Source of the DNA: Prorocentrum cordatum
Taxonomy: Eukaryota
Length of the DNA: 56,159 bases
NCBI GenBank assembly: GCA_963575745.1
Contig: CAUYUJ010000108.1
Span: forward strand, 62,001-118,159
Reading direction: 5' to 3'
Made by a program: the position numbers and the translations under genes
Notes under the pieces: generated by a model
Seen by the model: the letters and a program-made list of their open reading frames with translations, nothing else
Databases searched by the model: none
What the model was told of the DNA's origin: nothing
Part shown: in pieces, positions 36,216-49,000 of the stretch
How positions within the stretch are numbered: the first letter of the stretch is position 1
Layout: every line of letters begins with the position of its first letter

Positions 36216-37641
36216 GAAGAATAATAACATTCATACTGATAAGAAGAATATCATCAACATTATGATTGTTAGTACTATTGTTGATACCAAATCTACTAAA
36301 CATAATCATACTACTGATCGTAATACTAAGAAGTCGAACAATGCTATATGATGACACGAAGAACCGTCACACTAATACTGATCATACTACTAATCTTACT
36401 CATAAGAAGGGCAGGGCCGAACAGTGAAGTTCGCGCTGGAGTCCTTCCTGAGCCCGACGGCTAGCGCCAGCCGCCGAGGGCGAGCAGCTGTACGTAATTG
36501 CGCTCGGCTCGAAATGCTGGAGTCTTCATGGGGGTGGCCTGGGGGCTGCTCCGTTCGGGTCCGCGGGGTTCCTGGGGGCAGCCTTGGCGGCTGCGTTCGG
36601 TTGCCCGCTGGTCTCCGTCCCCGGGGGTGGCGGGGCGCCACGGCCTTCCCCTCCTGGGAGGGCCGTTGCTGGGCTGCGCATGTTGGGACCCCCGGGCTCC
36701 TCGTCGCCGCCCCTGCCTCTGGCGATTGTTTTCGGCCCGTTACTCTGGCCAGCCGCGTCGCGGCGAGGCATCTTGCCCATGCACCTCTCAGCCATTCAGC
36801 CTCCTCGTCCTCCTCCCTCCTCCTCCTCCTCCTTCCTCCTCCCTCCTCCCACCTTGTCATCATTTTCGTCCACACACCTCCGCGAAAGCAGAATCCCAGC
36901 CCCACCCCCCTCCCCCGCGAGAGAGAAGGCGGCGAGCTGCCGGCCGGCGCGGCCCGTCGCGGCGGCGGGCGAGCGAGGCGAGGCGGCGAGGCGGCCGGGC
37001 GGGCACCTCCGCGGCCGCAAGGCCTGCGCGCGCGCGCTGTTGCGAGCGGCCCCGTGCAAATCCGGCGAGGCCGAGAAAGTCGTAAGCGAAGAAGCGAGCC
37101 CCAGACCGGGACGCCCACGGAGATCGCCCTCGGGGCCTGCCGGCTGCCTGTCTCGACGTTCCTGCGCTTTTCCTGCAAAGTGATAACCTGTGACGTGTTC
37201 TGCCGCATCGTGCTGGCGATGCTAACGATGATGGAATTAACGTTGATTATGACGATGATGTCGCTGATGCTGGTGAAAACCATAATGACAACGATGGCGA
37301 TGACGATTGTAACGATGACGGTAGCGGTATAATCCGAACGCCTCTCTCTCTTTCTATCTTTCCCCACATCCAAAGAGGGGTTGTTGTTTTCTCTGGACAC
37401 CCTCCGCGCAGAAACCTCCCTCCCACTCTCTGCCTCACTCACGCATTCACCCCGTCATCGGTCATCATCACCATCGGTCAGCATCCCCACCACCACCATC
37501 ATCATCATATTCGTTCAATCACCATCGACCACCATCACCATCGGCCATCGATCATCATCATCAGCATCACCACCACCGCCATCATCATCATACCCAGTCG
37601 CACATCACACACACTCTCGCTCATCACTCAACATCATTTAC

Positions 37642-40600
37642 TTGAGGCCTGAATATGGGGGAAGTATCAGGCGGGAGGCTCGTGTGTGAGTGAATTGCGG
37701 AGAAATATCAGGCAGGAACCCTCTCCCTATGGGGCCCACACTTCATGTTTCTAATCCGAACGGGTCATCCTCGAACCTGTAACTGTCGTCTCTTTTGGGC
37801 TCCTGGGGTCTGAAAAATGTGGGAAATATCAGGCGGGAGGCTTGCCTGTGAGTGAATTGCGAGGAAATCTCAAGCGGGAGCCCTCTCCCTATGGGGCCCG
37901 CACTTCATGTTTCTAATCCGAGCGGGTCATCCTAGAACCTGTAACTGTCGTCTCCGTCGGGCTCCTGAGGTTTGAATATGGGGGAAGTATCAGGCGGGAA
38001 ACTCGTTTGTGAGTGAATTGCGCGGAAATCTCAAACGGGTGCACTCTCCCTATGGGGCTCGCACTTCATGTTTGTAATCAAGCGGGTCATCCTCGAATCT
38101 GTAACTGTCGTCACTTTTGGGCTCCTGAGGCTTGCAACTGGGGGAAGTATCAGGCGGGAGGCTCGTTTGTGAGTGACTTGCGAGGGAGTTTCAAGTGGGA
38201 GCCCTCTCCCCATGGGGCCCGCACTTCATGATTCTAATCTGTAGCTGTCGTGACTTTTGGGCTCCTGAGGTCTGAATATGGAGGGAGTATCAGGCGGGAT
38301 GCTTGTCTGTCAGTGAAGTGCGAGGAAGTCTCAGGCGGGAGCCCTTTCCCTATGGGGCCCGCACTTCGTATTTTTGATCGAAGCGGGTCACCCTCGAACC
38401 TGTAACTTTCCTCACTGTTGGGCTCCTGAAGCTTGACTATGGGGGAAGTATCACGCGGGAGGCTCGTCTGTGAGTGAATTTCGAAGAGATCTCAAGTGGG
38501 AGCCCTCTCCGTATGGGGCCAGCGCTTCATTTTTGTAGCCAGAGCGAATGATCCTCGAACCTGTATCTGCCGTCACTTTTGGGCTCCTGAAGCTTGAATA
38601 TGGGGGAAGTATCGCGCGGGAAGCTCGTCTATGAGTGAATTGCGAGGGAGTCTCAAGCGGAAACCCTCTCCCTATGGGGCTAGCATTCTATGTTTTGAAT
38701 ATGAGCGGGTCGTCCCCTTCGAATCTGCAACTGTCGTCGCTATTGGGCTCCTGAAGCCTGACCATGTTGGAAATATCATGCGGGATCCTCGTATGTGAAC
38801 GAATTGCGAGGCAGTCGCAGGCGGGAGCCCCCCCCCCCTTATGGTGCCCGCTGCTTATGTTTTGAATCTGAGCGGGTCATCCTCGAATTTTTATTCGTCG
38901 TCACTTTTGGGCCCCTGAAGGCTGAAGATTGGGGAAGTATCGGGCGGGAGGCTCGTCTATGAGTGTTTGCGAGGGAGTCTCAAGCGGGAGCCCTCTCCCT
39001 ATAGGGCCCGCAATTCATGCTTCTAGTCCGAGCGGACCATGATCGAATCTGTAACTGTCGTCACATTTGGGCCCCTGAGGTCTGAATATGGGGGAGGTAT
39101 CAAGCGGGATCCTCGCATGTGAATAAATTGCAACGAAATCTCAGGCGGGAACCCCCTACCTCTGGTGCCCGGATTTTATGTCTTGAATATGAACGGGCCG
39201 CCCTCGAATGTGGAACAGTTGTCACTATTGGGCTCCTGAAGCCTGACTACGGGGGAAGTATCACGCGGGATCCTCGTATGTGAATGAATTGCGAGGAAGT
39301 CTCAGGCGGAACCCCCCCAAATGGTGCCAGCATTTTATTCTCTTGCACAGGGCGTCTAGAGCTCCGACCACTTTACTTCGGCACGGCACACCGCCTCCAC
39401 ACCCCCTCCGCATCCCCGCCACCCACCATCCAGCGCGCCCCTCCGCACCGACACTTTTTATTTCGGCACGGCACACCCCTCCGCCCCGACCAATTTATGT
39501 TGGCACGGCACACCCCTCCGCATCCCTCCCACCCACCATCCAGCGCGCCCCTCCGCCCCGACCACTTTATTTCGGCAAGGCACACCCCTCCGCCCCGACC
39601 CTTTAATTTCGGCACGGCGTACCCCTTCCGCATCCCCCCACCCACCAGCCAGCGCGCCCCTCCGCCCCGACCCTTTTATTTCGGCACGGCACGCCCCATC
39701 CACATCCCCCCACATACCAGCCAACGCGCCTTCCGCCCCGATACCTTGATTTCGGCACGGCACACCTCTCTACCCCGACTTCTTCATTTCAGCACGGCAC
39801 ACCCCCTCCGCATCCCCCCACCCACCATCCAGCGCGCCCTCCGCCCCGACACCTTTTTGTCGGCACGGCACACCCCTCCGCCCCGACCCCTTTCATTTTG
39901 GCACGGCACACCGCCTCCGCACCCCCCCACCCACCCCACCGCACCCCTCCGCCACGACACCTTTTTTTATCCGCCCCGACCCCTTTCATTTCGGCACGGT
40001 GCACCCCCTCCGCATCTCCCCACCCACCAGCCAGCGCGCCCCTCCGCCCCCCCCGCGACCCCGTTACTTCGGCACGCCCCCACTCCCTCCCCGCGCGCCC
40101 CGCGCGCCCCCTCCGCACCCCCCCCACCCACCAGCCAACGCGCCCCTCCGCCCCGACCTCTTTTATTAGCCCCCCCCGCACCCACCCACTCACAAGCCAG
40201 CGCGCCCCTCCACCCCGATCCCTGCATTTCGGCACGGCACACCCCTCCGCCCCGCCCCCTGCCTTTTTGTGCAAGAGCCATGGCACACGTGCCACTTGTA
40301 TTTTGAATCGGAGCGGGCCATGCTCCCCAGTACCTGTCGCCAGTTTGGGCTCCTGAGGTCTGAATATGGGGGAAGTATCAGGCGGGAGGCTCGTCTGTGA
40401 GTGAACTGCGAGGGAGTCCCAGGCGGGAGCCCTATCCCTATGGGGCTCGAGCTGATGTTTTTAATCTGAGCGGGTCATCCTCGAACCTGTAACTGGCGTC
40501 ACTTTTGGGCTCCCGAGGCCTGGGTATGGGGGAAGTATCAGGCAGGAAGCTCGTCTGTGAGTGCATTGCGAAGAAGTCCCAGTCGGGAGCACCCTCCCTA

Positions 40601-40768
40601 TGGGGCTAGCACTTTATGTTTTTAATCTGAGCGGGTCATCCTCGAACCTCTGTCGTCACTTTTGCGCTCCCGAGGCCTGAAAATGGGGGAAGTATCAGGC
40701 GGGAGGCTCGTCTATGAATGAATTGCGAGGAAGTCTCAGGCTGGAGCCCCTTCTCTATGGGGCCCGCA
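37642..40768 (+). repeat. ~160-bp tandem satellite (about 14 units), interrupted at 39340-40300
   Basis: GGGGAAGTATCAGGCGGGAGGCTCGTCTGTGAGTGAATTGCGA recurs at ~160-bp spacing (one unit ~140 bp) and resumes in register after the insert. Confidence 0.92.
39340..40300 (+). mobile_element. Helentron/DINE-1-like non-autonomous rolling-circle element (candidate)
   Basis: 5' CTCTTGCACA (39340-49) with subterminal reverse complement TGTGCAAGAG (40268-77); then hairpin TGGCAC-AC-GTGCCA (40281-94) and CTTGTA; internal C-rich tandem repeats; inserted at T|T with no TSD. Confidence 0.6.
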
Positions 40769-42115
40769 CGGTATTGAAGGACATTTCCGGATTCGCCGAA
40801 CAAATTTTCATGTGGGGTCTTTCCGTCGGGGTAATGTTCCATCTCTCTCTCTTTTGCTCATCCCTCGCTGTGCCGATCTCTCGCCCGACGATCGCTCATG
40901 ATGTAATTCGTTTGACATGTAACAATGTTGTGTTCTGCGTCATTCATTTCCTCAGCCTGCTCCTCCTCGTCCCGTCTATTTCACAGAGAAGCGTGAGGGG
41001 TTAGCGGTTGCTCTGTCTTTTTTCTCTCTGTCCCTGTCTCCCTCTGTCTCTATCTCACTCCCACTCTCACTTTACACACAACACAGAATGGGAATTGGGA
41101 GGGAGCACTGGTGCCCCTCACACCTCCACGCGCAATGCAGAAGAGCAAATAGGTTATTGTTTGTTTCCTCTCTCTTTCTCGCCCTTTCCCCGCGCAAGCA
41201 GCACCGAGAGCGAACTGGGAAGGGGGAAGTGGCTAGTATCTGATGGACTTGAGGAGCGACTGCTCTCTTACTCTTGCGCTCCCACGCACACACGCAACAC
41301 AGTGTGGGTAATGGGGGGAGCAGCTGCTACCCTCGCACCCTCCACGCACACGCGCGGGGGGGGGGAATTGGCAGGGGGGGAGTGGCTGCTCTCTCTCTCT
41401 CTGTCCTCACCCTTCTCTCTTGCTCTCTCTCTCTCTCTCTCTCTCCCCCCCTCTCTCTCTCTCTCCCCCCCCTCTCTCTCTCCTTCTCTCTCTTTGTATG
41501 CCCACTCCTGTATATATACATATGGTTATATAGATATATAGGTATATGCATGTAATGTATGTATGTATGTATGTATGCATGCATGTATGTATGTATGTGT
41601 GTATGTGTGTATGTATGTATGTATGTATGTATGACTGTATGTATATATATACATATATATATATATCGACGAGCCACTCGATCGAACTAGATGTGCATGA
41701 ATATGTTTGTGTGTACATTTTGATACTCACCTATATAAATGTCCCTGCGACTACCAGGCAAGCAATGTTTCCATACGTTTCATATACACGGGCATATGTT
41801 ACCGACATTTCCATCTCTATGTTTGTATGTACACGTGCCATTTTACCAAACTGCACCTATATACAAATCCATCCATCTACCTAGTTGTCCACCCATTTAC
41901 CCCTCCATCTACACAAGCGTCCAACTATACATGTCTACAAAGCTATGTAGTTCTGTACCTGTCGGTCCGTACACCTCTCGATTTATCGTCACATCAATAT
42001 ACGTCTATCCGTCTGGCCGTCATTTTCCTACCCACAAATGTTTCGTATATAGAGATGTCGTTATGCATATACATATATACATGCCAAGTGATATGTGAAG
42101 TGTTCAACGCATCTG

Positions 42116-42151
<36 letters not shown>

Positions 42152-43707
42152 CACACCCAGCTGCATATAGCTGTATCATGTGTACACATACGCGTGGGTA
42201 TGCACACATCTATCCACATATCGACTATATAGACACACCATCCATTTATGCATCTATACATCAAGACGCATGAACATTTAGATTTATGATATCTACCCAT
42301 CTATCGATCCATCCGTCTGTCTATCCATGTGCTGCCGGACTCGGAGTGGGCGTGCCCTAAGGTCCTGTGCCTAATCCCCTCAGTCCTCACTCCTGAAGAG
42401 TCTTTCAGGGGCCCGGTTTTAAACTCTAACTTCTCCTGGGGCTTCCCGCGGTTCCCCTGGGCTCTGGCGCATCTTCTCGCGTGACTTTTTCGGGCCCAAG
42501 TGGGCCCCAAGACTGGCCAAGAGGGCCCCGAGACGCCCCAAGATCGCAACAATACACCCAAAATGGCCCCAAGACGGCCCAAGAGGCCTCCGAGACGCGC
42601 CAAGAGAGCCCCTGGAGCCTTCCTAAGAAGGCCTTGAGAGGCCAAAAATCATTGTTTCACATTCGTTTTTCAATGTTTTTTTGGTCGTCGGCTTTGCGCG
42701 CTCCCGACGCTCCAAGACGGCCCAAGAGGCTCCCATACCCGCCCCAAGACGGCCCAAAAGGGCCCCAGGAGGGCCACAACACGCCCCAAGAGGGCCCAAA
42801 GACAGCCCCAAGAAGGGTCCACGAGGGGGAACACGAACCGAAGATCCGAGTCTTTCGCCCCATGAGGCCCCCAGGAGCCTCCCCAAAACCCCAAGAGGCC
42901 CCCAAGAGGCCCCAAGAGGCCCCTAAGGAGCCCCAAAGACGCCCCAAGGAACCCTGTGCTTAACCTTACGTTTTTGGTTTTCGTTCTTTTCCAGCGAGAA
43001 CTCCCCCTGGGGCTTCGGCGCATGCCGCCAACCACCCAGAAGGCTAAGCCAGAGCAGAGGTTGTCACAAACGTTTTCCCAGCTCCAGCGTGGCCCAAGAT
43101 GGCCTCCAAGACGGCCCAAGAGCGTCCAAGATGTCTCCAAGTTTGTCCGAGAAGCCTCCAAGACGGCCCAAGATGGCTTCAAGATGACGGAAGACGGCCC
43201 AAGAGGCCCCCAAGAGGCTTCAAAGACGACCCAAGAGGCCTTCAAGAGGTTTTCCAGGAAATCCCGAAGATGCCAAAATCATTGTTTTTTCCTCTGGTTT
43301 TGGAAGAATTGTGGCATTTGCTTCTTTACAGCCTTCGGACGGCCCAGAACGGCCTAGGATGCCCCCGATATCGCCTCAAGGTGATCCTTGCAGCCTCCAA
43401 GTTGGCTCCATAACGGCCCAGGAACCCCCGAGACGGCCCCAAGAGGGCCCCAAGACGGCCCAAGAGGCCTCCAAGATGCCCAAAATGGCCTCCAAGACGG
43501 CCATGAAACATCCCAAGAGGACCCCAAGTTGGTTCAGAGAGGCTCCCAAGACGGCCTCCGACGGCGTCAGACGGACCAAGAATGCTCCAAGACTGGTCAT
43601 GCTGCTCCAAGCGTTCCCTACAAGATTCCCCAATCAGAGCTTGCCTCTGTAGGGGTCCTGGCGGATTCATATGGTTAGGTTAGGTTTGCCGCCGATTTTC
43701 GCCGCAC

Positions 43708-44035
43708 GCCCGGGTGCCCGGGTGCCTGGGTGCCCGGGTGCCCGGGTGCCCGGGCGCCCGAGTGCCCGTGTGCCCGGGTGCCTGGGCGCCCAGGTGCCCG
43801 GGTGCCCAGGTGCCCAGTAGCTCTTTATAGCCCTATAGCCCTATAGCCCTGTAGCCCTATAGCCCTAATAGCCCTAATAGCCCTATAGCCTTATAGCCGT
43901 ATAGCCCTATAGCCCTATAGCCCTACAGCCCCATAACCCTATAGCCCAATAGACCTATAGCCCTGTGGGCCTGTAGCCCTATAGCCCCATAACCTTCTAG
44001 CCCTATAGCCTTATAGCCCCATAGCCCTAAAGCCC
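43708..44035. repeat. Adjacent 9-bp minisatellites (CCCGGGTGC)n and (CTATAGCCC)n
   Basis: Directly visible. Confidence 0.9.
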
Positions 44036-44484
44036 GAAAAGACTATGATTGGGTTTTTCTCGGGTATCATTTTCATAGCGGCTCGAGGAACACCTGCTCC
44101 GATAACTTATCCAAGCTCTGACCAAAACTTTTGGCCGCAGAGGCGCTTTTCAAAAAGGCAGGGAGGGCCCCAATAATGGTAAGTGAACCCAATTCGAACT
44201 CTTCTTTGTATTCATTCTCGCCCACGTGCTCCCCGAAGGCTTTCCAAACCAACTCGGGGAACACATGGTCCGATAGCCTGGCCTAGCTCTAAATCAACTG
44301 CCGACCACATAGGCGGCGGTGCTTCGCCGTAGGCGTCTTCTATATGTATATACAATTCAATCCATTTGTTTTCCATATTCATCCATATGTGTACATGTGT
44401 ACACGTACCTATCTGCCTGTCAATCAATCTACCAGTACATCCATATATTTAACTGTACATCGACCTATGAATACATGTGTTTAT

Positions 44485-45015
44485 GCATGCGTGTGTGTGC
44501 ATGTTCGTATATATGCGTGCACGCAGATGTCTCTATAGATGTATGTATGCATGTATGCATATATGAAGAAATTCAGGTAGGTAGGTCAGTAGGTCGGTAG
44601 GTAGGCAGGTCGGGATCTAATGTATGTATGCATGCATGTACGTATGCATGTACGTACTTGTGAATGTCTGGGTGTGCGCATGTATGTATGCGTGCATGCA
44701 TGTGTGTATATGTGTATATGCATGTGTATGTGCTTGTGTATGTTTATGCATACGTATATTTATATGTGTATGCATTTTGATATAGGTACAGGTATATCTA
44801 TATGTCTATGTGTATGTATATGTATATGTATATGTGTACGTATGCGTGCGTGTATGCGTGTACTTATGTACGTATGTATGTGTTTGTATATGTATGTATA
44901 CAAACACGCATGCATACATGCATGCGTGCATGTATGTATGTATGCATGTCTGTATATGTGTATGTGTGTAGGTATACATGTCTGTCTGTCTGCCTGCATG
45001 CATGCATGTCTGTCT
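44485..45015. repeat. (TATG/CATG)n satellite
   Basis: Directly visible; a similar tract lies at 41545-41666. Confidence 0.9.
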
Positions 45016-46099
45016 GCCAAATCCTTCCTAGTATCATCGTTAATCGTCTTCTTATCATCATCTTTACTAGAACCATGGCGGGCGCTTCGCGCGCGCTGAG
45101 GTTCTCCAGAATTCCAGTTCGCAGAGAGATTCCGACGGTGGCGATACAGCTTCGGATATGACTTAGCCCGAAGACTTCCCCGTAGCCTGGCCGCAATTTG
45201 CCCCTCGCCCTGCCCCGATGACGATGATAAGGGTATGAATGGTGAGGGCTATCGGGGATGATGGCGTGGATGGTTGCTATCGTGTTAGTGAATCTGGGTG
45301 AGTGCTGTCGATGTTGAGGGTGATGATGCGGATGAGGACGAGCATGAACGCGAGACATAAGCTGGCGATGACCATGATGCTCGTAAGGGCGGTGATGACT
45401 GACAACAGCAATGAGGCTGATGATGACGACGGAGATGAGAACAAGGTTGGCGATACTATCGAAAATGCGGACGATGATGATGCTGAGGACATATACGCGG
45501 AATTGGGGGGGTAACGGCGATCATGATAATAGCGACGGCGATGATCGCAATCATGATCGCAACGTGGACGATTGTGGCGATGCGTATGAAGACTACAATG
45601 GCGAGCGCGGGCGCGCAACGGGCTAGAACCCAACTAAAGCCGACGAGGAGCGCCGATTGCGCGACTGGAGCGGCCGCCTCGCGCCAACAGGCGGATGAAG
45701 GGGAGAGGGTGAGGCTGACCTGGCAAGGCGTACCAGGAAGCTGAAAGAACAATCGCCGCCAGCAGGCCGATCCTGAATGGGCGGGGTGGCGATGCAATAC
45801 AAGCCCCCGTGGGCACGCCCCTGCCAGGGCAAAGCGCGTACAGCTTGCACCAAGGAAAAGGCACATCTCGCCGAGGGGGAAACTTGCGCGCGTGTCTCTG
45901 AATTGCGGCTGAATGGCGTCGACACGCGCCCACTTGGTCGACCAGCGCACCTCTGTCAACACCAAACGCTTACAGCTTGAAGCCCGTGCGCCAGGGGGGA
46001 GGGAGGAGGGATGAAGCAAATGTGCGTGGTGCAATCGGCGTGATGCAACCGTTGTCTTAAATTCTATGTGATGCAGTTGATCTTTTAAAGTGAACCGGC

Positions 46100-49000
46100 A
46101 AATTCCATGCCTTTGCAAACATCCCACCCACCCACCCGCAACTTAATTTGCAAAACGCACGCGTCGGCAATTGCGATGAGTGCTTGGCGTTGGCTGGTGC
46201 ATCTTTGCTGGCCCGCGCATGCTCGCGCGCACACCGGCCAACTAGTTTTGCGCGACTGGCGCGGCCGCTGTGGCGCTGACCGCTGGGCACTTCCCAGCGG
46301 GCACTTCAACGCGAATCGGTGACTTGGGCAGGCGCGGTATCATGGCGACGCCGAGAACGGTAGACATGATTATGAGAGTAGCGATGATACTGACGATGGT
46401 GGCGATGACGGCATCAAGGGCAATGACGGCGCCGATGTTGATCACGCCCGCCGATGACGATGACGATGTCCTCGCGTCGGCGATGAAGGTTTTTGGAACA
46501 GTTCGACATGCGCGCGCGGCCGACACGCGCGAGTGGCCCGCGTGGTAGTATTTGATGTGGATCGTGCCCCCCCCCCAGCACGTGCGCAAAGGCGTTCGAA
46601 TGAGTTCGACATGCAGCGCGAGAAGCCCGTTTGGCAGAATGTGATGAACATGTTGGGGGACCTACTGTTTTCTTAAGAACCCACACGACCGCGAGCGCAT
46701 GACTTTTGTTGAAAACTGATGTTGCGAAACAATGTGTTTGGATATGTGTTCGGGACGCTCGCTCTTAACATCCGTACGCAACCCATGGTTTTTGACAGTC
46801 TGCGGTATGCGCGCGCGACGACGCGCGCGTTTGCACTTCGTCCCATTTGTTGCAAGGGATTCTTGCGACATCACGCGCTCAAGGGCGCTCGGGCGATTTT
46901 GACATGCCCGCGCGGGAGGCCCGTTTGGTAGCATCTTATGAACATTTTGGACAACCTATGGTTTTCCTACGAATGCGCAAGAGCGCGGGCGCAGCCTTTT
47001 TCCCCAACCATCCTGTGGTGTTGGGTCCTCGTTTTGAAGAGACGGTCCCCACGTTCCTCCTTCCTTCCTACTCTCCCTCCTCCTCCTCCTCCATCTTCAT
47101 CGTCATCACCCGTTTCAGCACAACCCTCATACGTTTCGTGGCCCTCTAGGAGCTCCACCGAAGGTCCACATGCCAACGTTCGCATGCGCCCGCCGCACTC
47201 ATTTCGGCACACCCCTCACACGGTTCGTGACCCCATAGGGAGCTCCATCGAAGGCCCCAGAGGCTGCGTGCGCATGCGCGCGCCGCACCGATTTCGGCAC
47301 ACCCCTCACACGTTTCGTGGCCCCGTAGGGGGCTCCACTGAAGGCCCCAATGGCTGCGTTCGCATGCGCCCGCCACACCCATTTCGGCACGCCCCATTTC
47401 GCCACTCCCCTCCACTGAAGGCCCCAGTGGCTGCGTGCGCATGCGCCCGCCGCACCGATTTCGCGACACCCCGCACACGCTTCGAGGCCCCATATGGAGT
47501 TTCACTGAAGGCCCCACTGGCTTCGTCCGCATGCGCCCGCCGCACACGCCCCTCACACGTTTCGTGGCCCCGCAACGGTCTCCACTGAAGGCGCCAATGG
47601 CTGCGTTCGCATGCGCCCGCCGCACCCATGTCGGCACACCCCTCATGCGTTTCGGGGACCCAAAGGGAGCTCTACTGAAGGCCCCAGTGGCTGCGTGCGC
47701 ATGCGCCCGCCGCGCACTTTTCGGAACGCCCTGCACACGTTTCGTGGCCCCGTAGGGAACTCCACTGAAGGCCCCAGTGGCTACGTTCGCACGCGCCCGC
47801 CGAACCCTTTTCAGCGCTTCCTCACGCGTCTCGTGGCCCCGTAGGGAGCTCCACCGAAGGCCCCAGTGGCTACGTTCGCGTGCGCCCGCCGCGCATTTTT
47901 CTGCACATCCTCACACGCTTCGTGGCCCCATATGGAGCTCCACCGAAGGTCCACATGCCAGCGTTCGCATGCGCCCGCCGCGCCTTTTTCGGCACACCCC
48001 TCGCGCGTTTCGTGGCCCCGCAGGGGTCTCCACTGAAGGCGCCAGTGGCTGCGTTCGCATGCGCCCGCCGCACCCATGTCGGCACACCTCTCACACGTTT
48101 CGTGGCCCCGGAGGGAGCTCCCCCAGCTGCCCCAGTGGCTACGTTCGCACGCGCCCGCCGCATCAATTTCGGCACATACTCACGCGTTTCGTGGCCCCAC
48201 AAGGAGCTCCACCGAATGCCCCCGTGGCTACGTTGGCATGGGCCCGCCGCGCCGTTTTCGGCATACCCCGCACACGGTTCGTGGCCCCGTAGGGGGGGTC
48301 CACTGAAAGCCCCAGTGGCTGCGTGCGCATGCGCCCGCCGCACCGATGTCGGCACGCCCCTCACGCGTTTCGGGGACCCAAAGGGAGCTCCACCGAAGGC
48401 CCCAATGGCTGCGTTCGCATACGCCCGCCGCACCCACTTTGGCACGCCCCTCACGTGCTTCCCGGCCCAGGGAGGACTCGCAAGTGCATGTGGTTGGGTC
48501 CTTCGCCAAGCTAATTTGAAAACCTTTGTTGCGAAGCCATGTGTTTCTGTATGTTTTCGTGACTCTCGATTCCGAATTCCTGCCGACACCCGCGGCTTTT
48601 TGACAGATTGCGGCATGTTCGCGACGACACGCACGTGTGCATGTCGTTCCAATTGTTGCAAAGTGTTTTCGGTAACTTAACATTTTTGATACATGAATGT
48701 GCGCGCATAAAATTTCTTGCCGCGGATGACGGGGGGATGCGACATGCGGCCTGCCTGGGTTGGTATGAATTTAATTTTGGGATGGACGATGGGGCATAAC
48801 TATATGTATGTTGTTCATCGCCAAGGGGTAATGGTAAGTCCGGCTTCGGGAGGGTGGTGGATCCTAGTTCTTTCTCAGAGAGAAGGATTGATGCTTACAT
48901 ATGAACTGACACATTCCACGCGCTTCGTCCCGTTTTCGCGAGGGGTTCTTGAAAACTGATGTTTGTTTGATCAACAAGCGTGCGCGCATCGTACTTTCTA

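Noticed and set aside
37642..40768. CRISPR array
   Set aside because: The units are homologous along their whole ~160-bp length with no unique spacers, no cas genes are present, and the context is eukaryotic. The same applies to the 83-bp and 90-bp arrays.
43825..44035. Telomeric repeat
   Set aside because: The unit is the 9-mer CTATAGCCC, not TTTAGGG/CCCTAAA, and it is internal and degenerate.
47146..48680. Repeat-protein ORFs
   Set aside because: Frames are open on both strands because of a GC-rich 90-bp array, with stops and indels between units.
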